A stretch of 55,069 nucleotides of DNA, the filler included, from Sluysia triapertura (taxonomy: Eukaryota), in assembly GCA_046118255.1 (NCBI GenBank). It is 4 parts of 4 records of this genome, joined end to end, with 100 filler letters (N's around TTAATTAATTAA, not from the genome) between each part and the next. Parts side by side here need not be neighbours in the genome. Positions count along the whole stretch, not along the records: positions 16,025 to 29,381 come from JBJNIA010044683.1; positions 29,482 to 44,150 come from JBJNIA010252416.1; 2 more parts are not named here. One strand, given 5' to 3'. Positions 24,301-37,430 of this stretch are shown here, in pieces. How positions within the stretch are numbered: the first letter of the stretch is position 1; the number at the start of each line of letters is the position of its first letter. The translations under genes were made by a program, and so were the position numbers. Under the pieces are notes generated by a model that did no database searches, had not been told where the DNA came from, and saw nothing but the letters and a program-made list of their open reading frames with translations.

Positions 24301-27266
24301 AAAATATATATATTTTAAGTTCCCTAGAACATTATTGTTTTAATCGCATTTGTTATTTAAGTAAATAGTTCCTAATTACGAATCATGTTATTATTGAGAT
24401 GAACCTTAATTATGTCAATATCAGGGTAGTTTTTCAAATGATCTTCGTCGTCCATACCGTTGAGGTCTACGAATTCCTTTTTGAGCACATATTGTCGAAA
24501 ATATTCTTTGATGATGCAGGCGGAATTACTTCATCTGTAAATATAACGTTTTTAGTTTGTAATATGGTTTTAATTAATAAAAAATTTTGTGATGTTTGTA
24601 ATTCAGTTTTAATTAATGAAAAATATTGAATAAAAAATAGTTATCTGAAGTATTTATTACTTTTTTAACAATTAATAGAAATTTTACGACAGGCATATAA
24701 TCAAAATAATAATCATAAATTTATTATTTTATTATTATTACTACTAACTGAACGTACATTTAAAAGTGTTTTGTTGTGGAAGGTACATTATTATTTGTTT
24801 GAAGAAGTAACCTTTGATCGTGACTGTGTTGCAATAAAACTTTCAGAAATAGTAAATTGTAATTAAATAAGGAATTTCAACTTGTTTAATATGAGTTTTA
24901 AAATCCTATTTAAATTTCTGGTATTTTAAGAATACCTTAAAATACTATCAACTTTTGAATCCAAATAAATATTTAATATTTATTGTTTATTATTCCTACT
25001 TAATTTATTAATTTATTATTTTGTTTATAGAGGTGAGTACATTATAATAACTGAGATTCTTAAAACAAGGGATAAACAAAGTTTCAATTGATGTCACTGT
25101 AACAAAAAATATAACTAAAATGCTGTGTTTTTATAAGAAAACTTAATTGTAAAATGGAGTAAACTTATGGGTCAACTTGTAGTCTACAAGAAAAAGTGAA
25201 CAGCTACAGAAATGATATTAAATTCGCTTTATTTATGGTTTATGTTTCACTTATATGTGCTGATATTTTTATCTTAAACTAACTTGATAGCAAAAGTAAG
25301 TGTCAACAGAATCCGCTTGCTATGTAAGACTTATAGTTGGCGTACTTGCAAGTAACGTGAATATCTTAAGAATCAAATTGCAATTTGAGAAGTGCACGTC
25401 AAATTTATGGTGTAAGAAATTTATGCAATGTATTTTAACGAATACATTTAGGTTAATACTTTAAGAAAATAATGAATGTATATATATATTATTACAAAAT
25501 GATAAAATAAAGTAACAAATATATGAAATATATAAACAATTCAATAATATAGGCAAAATTATAAAATAGTAATAATAATAATAATAATTTAAATCGATCT
25601 GGTCCGAAGTCTCGATCAAATACAATTAAAAGATTAAGATTTTATAAATGATATTAAGGATCAACGTAAAATAAATGATTTGAGTATGATTTTTAACTCA
25701 TATATAATTTAAGAGTCTGCAATGCTATATAAATTAAACTTACTACTTGATGTAAATAATTTTTGTGCAATAATAATTCTCCGCGATCGTTTTATATGAA
25801 CTAATTATTACTATTCGATAAACAAACAATTATTTTCGAAGTATCACTAAATCAAGTATAAGCCACTGATTAGAAATTATTACAAACCTCTTTTTGTATT
25901 ACTCTATTTATATTACTTTCAAACAAATTAAAAAATTAATGATTTTATTATCAATTCTATTAATAATCATATTTCCAAAAAATGAATGCATGACTTAAAA
26001 ATAATTCCATTATTAACCCATTAAATAAAGACAAAAATAATTCCATACAGATCTTATATGGTATTTAACAATCAACTCTCATTTTTTATTCTACTCTACT
26101 CGATCTATTTTTTCATGAATCACTTCTTACATTAAAATAACAATTATTATTATTCACATGCTTAAAAATAATGAATAACTTTAGTTTTTACATTTTAATT
26201 AATTTTCAATTCCTCACACTCAATTTTTTAATGGAAAATGTTTAAGGTTCTGATTCCCAAACGAACCATTTCCCAAACATTTCAACCTCAATTTCGGATT
26301 CTCCTATTTAATAGTAATCACTCCATACCCAACTCATCATCTCTTCATCATTCGAAATATGAAAATTTCATCATTTTAAATTAAAATTCGACTTTGCATG
26401 AATTCGGTCAAACCTTATCTTCATACACATACAGTTTTAAAACGTAATTTTTCTTAATTTAAGCTAATTAGTATTTTAATTAATTAATTAATTATTTTAA
26501 CTTTATTCTAAGTTTAAAGGTGGTATTATGGTTATAAAGTTGTTAAATACTTTATATGGTAATCAGAAAGTTCTCGATATATTCACCTTCACAATTCTGA
26601 TTCCTTTTTCTACTTTTTATTTTAATTATTAATGTATTAAATTTGTCTTTAATATCATTAACCATAATTTTAATCATTGAACATTTTAAAGATTCTACAC
26701 TTTTACAAAGTTAACTCGAAGGCCTCAAAAGTTTATTAAGGTCTCAAGAGTCTTAAATGGTTCCAAGAGATCAACAAGATCTCTTATGATCCCCAGGTTC
26801 AGAAGTTCAAAGGTATCTTCATAGTTCAAGACATCTTTCCAAACCTTACTTAAGTCTTCATAGGTGTTTGGAACTCCAAAGTGTTCTTCAGTTTCAAAAT
26901 GATTATAAACATTTTATTGTTCATTATTCTTGCTATGGGACTGTTTAATCATGTTTATATTACCATATTTCATCTATTTTATATCATTTTAATATATATA
27001 TTTTAAATTATATACACTAACTTGACAATCCCATCATATATACACAATTATTCTTTCTATACAGTCATTGGTTCTCACAAAAATAACTTTTAATTCACAC
27101 TTGGAAATAATACTGCATTCAGTTAGTAGATCCTAAAAATAAATTCATCTAGTGGATAATCTCAATTCCTAGTGAAAAACCTATTGTAAATTTTTAACCT
27201 TTCACTATAGGTGAACCCAAAATGTAAAATAATTTGCTTAATAAGTTAATTCGTTTACAATAAAAA

Positions 27267-27592
27267 TCCAGCAAATGTAATAGATTTAATGATAACGGAA
27301 TTTATGGATCAATTTATGATATAATGTCCGAAGTTAACTATTATATACTGATGTTAATGGAGAAAAATGAACTTTGGAAAGATGATTACTTAAAAAATCA
27401 CTATTGGTAAATTTTGGCAAAAAAGAGTGGTCTCTCAAACGAACAAGGTCAAAAATGGAAATAATCTAGTCAGAATGGACTTCATCTAAATGACTATATT
27501 CATCTACTATACGCATAAAGATTTTAATTCTTGGACTGTTTAGCTTAGTCAAGGTGGAAATAGACAATAGAGTTATAGCTTATATCTGTTAA
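27267..27592 (+). pseudogene. C-type lectin domain pseudogene fragment
   Basis: SSKCNRFNDNGIYGSIYDIMSEVNYYILMLM...HYW*...GQKWK*SSQNG...DCLA...RW...AYIC follows the CTLD layout (C...SI...E...YW...W...C...W...YIC), with stops and frameshifts. Confidence 0.55.
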
Positions 27593-29381
27593 TTAGGTGT
27601 GCTTGTAAAATACTTAAATGAAAATATAAAGAAAGATACAAAGAGAGAACCTTCTATAAGGTTTTACTCTTGAAAATATAAAAGTATATTTATTAGTTAA
27701 TTCAATTAAAAATAATTTTGATATAATATTTTTATGTACGATATTTGAGAAAATAATAGGTGAATTAAAGTATAATGTTGAAATTCAGTAATGTCACTAA
27801 TGTTAGAATGCTATGAAACTCGTCGATGCTGGTAACGTAAATAATATTAATTTTAATTAATTTTATATAATATAATTATTATCATTTCAATTTAGTATTA
27901 TCATTAGTAGCAGTAGTTATTCTTTAATCAGGATACGCTCATAAAGTCACAAAATAAATAAAAATTCTTATTATAAATCAATGTCTTTAAATGATCAATT
28001 AACAAAGTACAATATTCAAAATCTAAGGGTGACACTACATACAAAATGTTAGTACCTACATTTAAAAAATTAATATAACATGGGTCCACTAAAAATATCA
28101 TGTGCTGTGGTTTTCTTAAACTTAAAACCTACGGCAAAATAGTAAACGATTTATATCGTGCAGAATGCGTTCCTATAACTATTTACGCGTGAATCTTAAA
28201 CAATCTTACTTACGAGGTTCTACTTATTCCGATTACAATCAACAACAATAATAATTAACAAAAACAAAGATTTATTAAGGACGATTAACTTTAGGCAAGA
28301 ATAAAGAATAATATAAAAATTGATAAATATAATTTAAAATTAAAATCCTAACGAATCTTTAATTTAGTTGTATAGATTTTAAATTATAAAAATTCCTGTC
28401 ATTATATCAGGGTGAATGAAAAATAATTATAAAAATATAATTTATAGAAACGCCTTAACAAAAACAACTTACTGTTGACATGAATTTGAAATCGTAAAAG
28501 AGTATTCCAAAAAGTTCGTAGCTTAGAAATCAAAAATCCGATGACCAGAAATTGCTTAACAAATTCGAAAATGGAGCCTTGTAAAATTGAATTTGCTCTT
28601 GTAAAAATTAAATAACTGAAACAAGTGACAAAACAGTGAAATTGATGCTAATTTATATAATAGTCATCAACCATTAGAAATCTACATAATGTTCTGGAAT
28701 GTTCTTTTCTATTTTTAGTATGAAATTTTCTTTTTTGGAAAATAAGATTTCTTTTTAAGAAAATAAGTTTAAATTAATATTATAAGTTACTGTTTTTGTT
28801 ACTGTTGTTCAATTCTACAAGTGTTGTGATGACAATCTAACACTTGGAAAATTTGCTCAATTGCTGAATATAAAGCTCAATCAAAATGTTTGCCACTTAT
28901 AGGAAACGAAGTTTATGCTTTACTAGTTTTTTTACTACTTATGCTTGAATATTTAATAAAAATATTTAATAATATAAACTCTTTAAATTAACTTGCTTTA
29001 ATCTATGAAATTTTAATTTAATATATTCTCTAAATTCACAATTTTTATATCATTAACTCAATATACTTCTTTAAATAATTGTGTAAACAAGGTCATAATT
29101 TATTAGTCAAACAACATAAGTCATAAAAAGGTCATAAGTCATATTATAGTATACATAAACATGAAAGTCATAATTTATTCATTTTTAAATTTACTCGTTT
29201 TAATTTATTCGTTTTTTATTGGAATAATTTATTAATTTATTCATTTTTACAATAATTAATTGGAATCGCACATTATTTTAAGTGAGTTATTAATATTTAA
29301 TTTTAAAAATTATCATCATTAATATTAAATTATTTTTCTTTAAAAATTATCGTCATTAATATTAAACGTTTTGTAATTGTC

Positions 29382-29481
29382 NNNNNNNNNNNNNNNNNNN
29401 NNNNNNNNNNNNNNNNNNNNNNNNNTTAATTAATTAANNNNNNNNNNNNNNNNNNNNNNNNNNNNNNNNNNNNNNNNNNNN
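29382..29481. other. Assembly gap with TTAATTAATTAA linker
   Basis: N run with linker. Confidence 0.97.
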
Positions 29482-29619
29482 TATAATACTTCATCTGTTA
29501 CTTCTCATCAATTCTTCCTTCATTTGTAATTCTATATGTCTTTTACTCGTCTCTTAATCCAAAGTTGGGCGATCCCAACAATATGAATAACAATGATAAC
29601 AATAAGATTTTTATAATTA

Positions 29620-29792
29620 TGTTAAACTTCATTAAATGGACAAACCGGGATTCGAACCCGGCCTCTTACCTCATAGTTGTGTAGTTCGATGCTCTGATCA
29701 TTAAGTTATCAGCCCCGTCTAACAATTTTATTCTATTATAGTCAATTATACTATCAATATTCTAAATAGCACTTTAAGCTTGTACTTCAACA
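29620..29792 (-). mobile_element. tRNA-cored short element, copy 2 (long-loop subfamily), 173 bp
   Basis: Minus-strand ends TGTTGAAG...GTTTAACA. Flanks ATTA / GTTA (3 of 4 TSD match). B box GGTTCGAATCCC; inner GTCTAACA at 29717-29724. Confidence 0.75.
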
Positions 29793-30460
29793 GTTAATTT
29801 AAATTAAATATTTTATTGAAGAAAAATTTATTGGAATTGTGAAGAAATAAGATAAGACAAATAATAATTGAATGTGAATTAGTCATTTTTTGTCAGTGTT
29901 TAAAAATTGTATTTATTAACTTTGAATATTAATCAAGCCATAACTTTTTAAATACTTTTATTTGTATATTCTCTGTACATTACTACTTTTTAATTACAAT
30001 TATTTTATTTCAATTGTAATTGCTTTAATAAAATTATAAACCGAGTCATAAAAGTTTATATAAATATATATGTCGTATGTTTTATTTACTATTTCTGCTT
30101 TATTCAATTTTATAAGCGCTTACGGTAAGCCTATTGTGAAGAAAATTTGATTATATTTTTTATTTTTTGACGCATAACATATTTTTTAATGCGTGCAATG
30201 CATTTTATATTGATATGCTTATTGAAAACTTTGCTTACATATGATATTATGTTTTTGAATTAGTCTAACTTTTCATTAATTCGAATATTAAAATAAAATA
30301 AATTTATTTATATTTCAAGTGTTTGTGAATTTTTATTATTTACCTTGCTAATAATTTAAAATTTAATAAATGTATCAATATTATTATAAAAATATTGTTT
30401 AAATATTTTGGATTATCGTATCTAAGTACATTATACATTTTCAATTATTAATTTTTAAGA

Positions 30461-30538
30461 ATGAATTTTTTAAATTCCTTATCAGAAGATGCTTTAGAAG
30501 AATGCTTTCGAAAAGTTCATACTGTACCTATTATTATG
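30461..30538 (+). CDS. DNAL4: Dynein axonemal light chain 4, exon 1
   Basis: MNFLNSLSEDALEECFRKVHTVPIIM followed by gtaatg donor and a 40-bp intron (30539-30578); resembles the DNAL4 segment YKRLQTFPLVR. Confidence 0.8.
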
Positions 30539-30578
30539 GTAATGTTTTTTATAAATTCAATTTTAAATTCTCTTATAG

Positions 30579-30662
30579 AAAAATACAATGAATGAAGAAA
30601 TGTGTAGTGAGGCTACTGAATTATGTGTGACAGCATGTGAAAAATTTTATTCGAATAATTGT
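30579..30662 (+). CDS. DNAL4: Dynein axonemal light chain 4, exon 2
   Basis: KNTMNEEMCSEATELCVTACEKFYSNNC versus human DMPEEMRVETMELCVTACEKFSNNNE; tag acceptor and gttagt donor. Confidence 0.9.
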
Positions 30663-32425
30663 GTTAGTTTTATACTGCATATTGTTCGAGAATTTTTTCT
30701 ATACTGGTGCTATTTATCGATTGTACTTTTTGTAATTCTACAAGGCTATCTTGAACGATGCTTTCCATAGTAATAACGAACTAAGTTTGATTTACAGATG
30801 AATCCCCATTTTATGTTTTAAAGTAATTCTGATTGTATTTTTCTAGAAAAAGTCAGCTTTATGATGTTTACACAGTGCATTCATTATTTATTTAGTTTGT
30901 TGACCTTTTGAATTTCAATTACATTACTTAACCAAAGAGAAAATATTGGAATATCATTACGGAACTCCGTATTTATTTGACAAATGAACTCTGAAATAAG
31001 AAACAAAATTTTAAATTGCTTTTGTATTGTAGGAAGTGTCCCATTTTTAAATCTGAAAAATTGCAATAATCAGCTTGATGCATTCTATCATTACTTTATT
31101 AATTTTTAAGATTTAGTGTAAAATAAAGATATTTTTACGGTTTTATTAAGCTTTAGAGATTTTGTTCGATCTATGTCAATTCGGATCACGTCTTATTAGG
31201 AGTTTTATCAAGTTTGTGTGTCACGATATCATAAGTCGTTGAGATTAATCTAATATTTCAAGCCTTAAGTTATATATAATTAACAAGTCGAAATTATTTT
31301 TTCATTTATGTTAAACCAGTCTTTAAGATCTAGTTTATTAAACAATATTAACCAAGCCTTTATGGTCTAGCGTTTTAATTATTACATTTATTTATCTTTA
31401 ATTTATGATTCAAAAAAATCTACTTAACTAAAGTGTATTTACGACAAAAAGGTTTTTAAACAGTTATGTGCAAATTTTAAATAACGTTTATAAGTAAGAA
31501 ACAAGATGATAATAATAATAATAATAATGAGCTTAATAAATATTCTTTCTTTTTTGAAGAAAAAGACTAAACTTCCTGATATTAAGAAAATTTAAAATCA
31601 AATTAAGCTAACCTGTAAGATGTGGCGTTGAATTTAAAAGATTTTAAGTACGAAAATTTAGCCCTTATACTAAGAACTTTGTTTTTTATTGTTGTTGATA
31701 TTGTGTTTTCTAAAATTTTTGCTTCACTATTTATACTTATGTTCATCATTTTGATTTTCTTTTAATGAATCGATTAATTTAATTTATTAAGATTTATATT
31801 TAATCAAAAATATTTACAGAAATATGAAATAAATGTTTTTAAAATATTTAATTTAAATGATTTTATATTTTTATATCCAACAAGTGTGTCACAATGATCT
31901 ACATAATAAAACTGCAATAATAAATGTTATTTTAAAATGAGATGTATTTATTGGAAAATATAAAATGACGTGTAATGTAAAGTTAATTATTCAAATCAAT
32001 CATTTTATATGATTTGGAACTTCACTAGACTTGTCAAATTTAATCTTCGTTGGTTTGACTAATGAATATCGGTTTCGTGCAAAGTATAGAATGTGTGTTA
32101 ATTATATGTGATTAAGAATTTACTCTAATTTACTCTAAGAATTTCGCTTCTAATTTTGCAAGAAAAATTAATGCGATTATGAACCAAGAATTATATTTTA
32201 TTGAGGAAAAGCGTGTTTTTAAAAGACACCTTTTAACATTTGTTTGGAAATTGTTTTCTCAGTTTAACCATTTCTTTCGTATAATAATTTTCCTTCTGCT
32301 CATCTCAGATCTGAATGTATAACAAATAGGTATACATAAAATCGTGATAGAAATTGATTTTAAAATTTTTGCGGACATAATAGTTGCCGTTTCGTCAACC
32401 TTAGTTAATTTTCTTATAAAGTTAT

Positions 32426-32553
32426 TGTTAGACTTCATAAAATGTACTGACCGGGGATCGAACCCGGGTCCATCGCTACACATTTCGAATGCTCTACCAC
32501 TGAGCTATTATGTTCAATTGTACTTCATGGCACTTTAGGCCTGCATCCCAACA
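32426..32553 (-). mobile_element. tRNA-cored short element, copy 3, in DNAL4 intron 2, 128 bp
   Basis: Minus-strand ends TGTTGGGA...GTCTAACA with perfect 4-bp TSD TTAT. A box TAGCTCAGTGG and B box intact; the inner IR and 5' acceptor strand are deleted. Confidence 0.85.
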
Positions 32554-32686
32554 TTATCATTTATTTGGAATATTTATTGATTCTGCCATCCAAGAATGGA
32601 ATGAATAAAAATGAAAAATCAACACTCACAATAAACGATAACTTGTTATTATGTTATAAATCTGTCTTATTTATTTATATTTCAAG

Positions 32687-32851
32687 TCTGCCGCAATGAT
32701 GATTAAAGATGGCATGGACAAAAGATTTGGGGGCAGTTGGGCAGTTGTTGTGGGTGAAAACTACTCATTTGAAGTCACCTATTCTTTGGGGAATTTGTTG
32801 TACATGTTTTATGGCGGGAATGTGGCAATTTTACTATGGAAATATAAATGA
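32687..32851 (+). CDS. DNAL4: Dynein axonemal light chain 4, exon 3 (spliced protein 108 aa)
   Basis: SAAMMIKDGMDKRFGGSWAVVVGENYSFEVTYSLGNLLYMFYGGNVAILLWKYK*, collinear with the DNAL4 C-terminus and in phase with exon 2. Confidence 0.92.
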   Translation, partial: SAAMMIKDGMDKRFGGSWAVVVGENYSFEVTYSLGNLLYMFYGGNVAILLWKYK

Positions 32852-35800
32852 AATATAAGTATCACTATTTTATCACACAAATAGATCACTTAAAATATAT
32901 TTTGTTTTAATAAATACTGCAGTTAAAGTGGTGTACTGTTTCAACAATAAAAAATAAAATTATTACAGTTTCATACTTTACTGTATTTTGTTTAAAAAAT
33001 TATTAATATTATTAATCAGCTCTTTTGATAACGAATTGTTAGTTTTATGTCGATAATAAAATAATAAGTAAAATATATTTTAGTATCACATTATTCCACC
33101 GAAAATGCACTTATATTTTTAAATATTAGTGTTAGTTACAATTTCACATTTTGATTGGCTGATTTATTTTATCATCTCAGATGAATCTATTATTATTTCT
33201 TTGCATATCTGATCTTATGTTTAAATTACGATTTATTATTGTTATTATCATGCATCCTGTTGCTCTACTATGATAGGTTGAAGGCTTACTCGAATTAGTT
33301 TTAGTACTTGCAGTGTATAAGTAATACGCACATAAATTAAGCACGTTGTGAAGCTGGTTTTATTGATTGTGTATGGTTATACTAAATACCAATCTATGCA
33401 ACACTCTTCAACTTTTTAAACTTAAACAATATTTCAAAACAAAAAAGTGTACGAGTTTTAAAAATGTAATAATTTCTTGTTTGAACTACTCAGTTTTGAT
33501 TATTAACTTTTGTTCTGAGTTTTATTGCAACTTTACGATGTACGCGTGATAAATATGTATTTAAAGTGTCTTTTACTAAACATATGATAAAAATTTTGTT
33601 TTTTTCAGATTACTTTAAATATGAGAATTAATTATTAATACATTGGGAATTTAAAAGCTTTATTCCAAATTTGTACGCTAGAAGTAATTGAAATTTTATC
33701 AAAAAACGCTTTCAGTATCCTTCATCACTTACAAATATATTAAAAAATCACACTTAAGATTAATTAATAAAAAAATTAATTTATAATTTATATCTATGCT
33801 AATATGTACTTCAAAAAAAGCTACTCAAAAATTATTTTTAATATTTGCCTAATTTTTAATAAATTCATTTTTATTAATTTTATAAAAATTTAAAATTCTA
33901 TTAATTTTTGTTTAAAATATTTTTAAAATTTTGTTATTAAAATGTAATTTTTAATTATTAATTTTAATTTTATTATTTATTACTATATGATTTATTTTAC
34001 TTTTTCAATATTGACCTTTAAGATCACGTTTCAATTCAAATTATTATTATTTTAAAAATTTAGAATTAGAATAAAAAACTTTGTTTTACCAAAATATTAT
34101 TATAATAACAGGAAAAAGAAAATGAATTTATTATTCGATTATAATGAAATGACTAGCAACAGGTAATGATAGAAATATCTCAGCAAAATTATATGTTCGT
34201 TTGGTTCTTGTTTAACATAGAAAATTCCAGTTGTAAATCAACAAAACAAAAGTTTTTGAAGGACGTAAGGTTAAATATCAGGAAGCTTCCTCAAAAGACG
34301 AATTTTAAAGCAGTAATTAATCAATTTAGATTAAATTTATTTAGAAAAATCATGTAAAGTAACCACAGAAAAACATGTTTTGAAATTGTGCAATCGAATA
34401 CACCAAAAGTTCTTAGATGAATTGAAATTGTATTATTTGCTCATCCATGAATGAAAAGTAGCACTTAAGATTTTGAGGAAATAATTTTCTTCTCGAATAT
34501 GGATAAATAATTTGTGCATAGTGTAAGTAACGAGTTGCTGTTCTTCATTTTACTGTAGTGTTGTATTTTTTGTTGTAATCTATTTATGGAACGAGAATCC
34601 CCACTAAATCATTACTTTTCGTTTTAAATAGTAACAGCTTCAATAGTGCTGTGGTGTCTCGTATTCGTAATTGAGGGATAAATAAATTTTAGTATGACAT
34701 GCAGTAAATATAAGTTAACAATTTAACTTATGTGCATTAATTTGTAATTTTCTTATCTTAAATCGAGGGTTTAATCAGATCTTCGTGTAAATGCTTCAAC
34801 AATCAATGTCAATCGATTTTAATTTTATTAAAATTGTAAATTTAATTTTATTAAATAAACATTCAAGCTCGTAATTAAACTGTTAGTCAGTTTTATTTGA
34901 ATTAAATAAGTTAGCTAATTTTTTGTACAAGATGGTTGTATAGAACCGATTAAGACAAATATGACAGTTTAGATGATTTTGTTGAAAAAGCTTCAATTAT
35001 TGACAAAAACTAGTATTACTTGTTGGATTCAGTTGATGGTTATTGATCCTATAATTTGTACAGATGTGCAATCGCATAATAAATTTATAAAAATGATTCT
35101 CAACAACAAATATTTGTGTGATTCACGATAGTAGAGAAAAATTGAAGTCGGTTTAAAAACAATATTAATAATCATTGGATATGCAATTCTGGTTTGAAAG
35201 GATATTATTATAAAGATAAAAACAAAGTCACTATTGTAATGCTAAAACAAACGTTTTAAAAAAGCAATCTACAGAAAAACTTGACAATAAATTTAATTGT
35301 TGGTCTGGTAATGCTTTTTGTGGTAATAAATTGAAGCAATGTCAATATAAAGTTCATTGCACAAGATGATTAAATGAAAATAAAAATAAACCATCAAATT
35401 GCAAAGGTAATCAACAAAGGACAATATATATAAATTCTCAGAATAAATAAATGGAAAAGATTGCTGTAGATATGAGGTTATTGATGAATAAATTAAATAC
35501 AGTGATTTAAGATTAAGACAAGATGTTTTTGATTATTTGAGTTATAATGATAAAGTTAGATTATTTACAAATTGAAGTACAACTTCCTGGATCATACTGT
35601 TTAACTTCAAAAAACATTACTTAAATAGGTAAGTATTGGATTCATAAAGATAATAAAACAACTATCCTTTTATTGCTGTCATATGATAAATATAAGTTAC
35701 AATAATGAATTAATTTCTTTGCGAAGAATGATATTTAATTCTTATAATTAAAAATGATAATATTGATGATAATGAATACTTATCCTAATAGATCGAGAAT

Positions 35801-36872
35801 GATCTATCGTCATATATAAATAATAAAAGAAAGAATATAAGATTCATGAAATTTGATGTGGTTTTATAGCAACCTGCAATCCAAAACTTACAAACTTAAT
35901 GGCTCATCCATAGGATGTTAAAAACTTATGTTTCACTGAATAAACTTTTCACATCTCAATCCTTATTAATTATAACTTTATTGATTGTAATTGAGTAGGT
36001 GACACTTTAAAACTTCACTGTGTAATATTCAGAGTGTTGTTTAAAGATATTTTAAAATGAATTTTGAAAAACAGCAATGTGGCTGATTTTATATCGAATT
36101 AAGACTATATAATATAATAATTCTTTATTTTATGAGCTTACTTTATAATTAATGGTGGTAATTAATATTAAACAAATAAGTAGATCCAAATTAATATTTT
36201 TATAAATAACTTTTAAGATTGTCAAAAATAAAAAGTATTAAATATATTAAAACTAGCGTTATCTTTTTATATAATTGATTATGCGAATTTTTGGTCTGAA
36301 GGGATCGTCAAATTTTTCTCACTTGAAAGGTCATTTCACAAATAAAAATTATTAAGGCCTCTAGACTTAAAATGCATATTTTTATTGTATTTATTATTAT
36401 TATTATTGTAGGGAAATCACATAAAAACAGCACTTACACAGATTGTTAAACAAACTACTAAACTCATTCAAAAAACAAACATAAGCATTGTACATGATTA
36501 TCATGAATTACAGCTATTGTTATTATAATTCCAGTCGTATTAAACTACATATAATAACTTTTATAATAAATTTCATATTAACATCATCAACATCATTATT
36601 CTAAATTATATAATAATTACGTTGTTGCTATCATTATTATTTGTCTTATCCGCATTATCAATCTTCCATTTTATTCTTTTTTTCCAGTTTATATATTTAT
36701 GTACTTGTTAATCGACAAAGTATGCATTTGGTATCCGACATAAAATTTTTTCATACTATAACTGAATCGCGACCACCAATTATATATGGCACATACAGAA
36801 TAATGTTTGCTGATTTATGTTTACCACTTAGACGAGCAATAGAATATCACTGTCTTCAATTTGATTTTTAAA

Positions 36873-37430
36873 GAACGTATGAACAATCCGATATCATCTT
36901 ATGAAGATCTAGCTAATCAACAAAAATTCGATATGGAGTTGTTAATTCTGGTTCTTCCAAGGAATTTTTTTCGAAATCAACAATAGATGTTTTAGTCGTA
37001 TGTGGAATTTCATGGAAGCTAATCCCGATGTATTCATGCCAAGTATTAAAGCCCGCGTAGAAAGAGTGATTAATGCTATTGGTGGATATGCATTTATTCT
37101 TGAATCTATAATGAATGAATACAATAATCAACGTAAGTGTTAGACTTCGTAAAATGGACTGACCGGGGATCGAACCCGGGACCACTGAGCTATCAGTCCC
37201 GTCTAACAATTTCATTTTCAATATATTCAATTATACTACTTGGCACATTTTAGGCCTTTTATCCCAACGTAAGCCATGTAGAACTGAAAAGATTGGAAAA
37301 GATTAGACAGTGGTAATGGTTATGGATTAGCAACACCACCTGGTGCAAAGTTACGAGATCCGGTAAATTTAGCAGTTCTTTAAATGAAAGTTTGGAATAT
37401 ATGAAATTCGATTTAATTAAAGCAAAACTA
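36873..37430 (+). pseudogene. Ionotropic glutamate receptor (AMPA/kainate-like) S2 ligand-binding segment, frameshifted and interrupted by an insertion
   Basis: After correcting small frameshifts: ERMNNPISSYEDLANQ-KIRYGVVNSGSSKEFFSKSTIDV-SRMWNFMEANPDVFMPSIKARVERVINAIGGYAFILESIMNEYNNQRK[insertion][35 protein letters not shown]. Collinear with GluA ERMVSPIESAEDL...[46 protein letters not shown]. Confidence 0.88.
37138..37269 (-). mobile_element. tRNA-cored short element, copy 4, inserted in the iGluR fragment, 132 bp
   Basis: Perfect TSD TAAG (37134-37137 and 37270-37273). Near-identical to copy 1, but the anticodon arm is deleted between ACCA microhomologies and one terminal base is mutated. 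Confidence 0.88.

Noticed and set aside
30663-30770. C-terminal part of ORF 30588-30770
   Set aside because: Read-through into DNAL4 intron 2; homology stops at the GT donor at 30663.
32259-32538. ORFs 32259-32483 and 32344-32538 (and likewise 36913-37230)
   Set aside because: Chance frames through the tRNA-cored element or antisense to the iGluR fragment.
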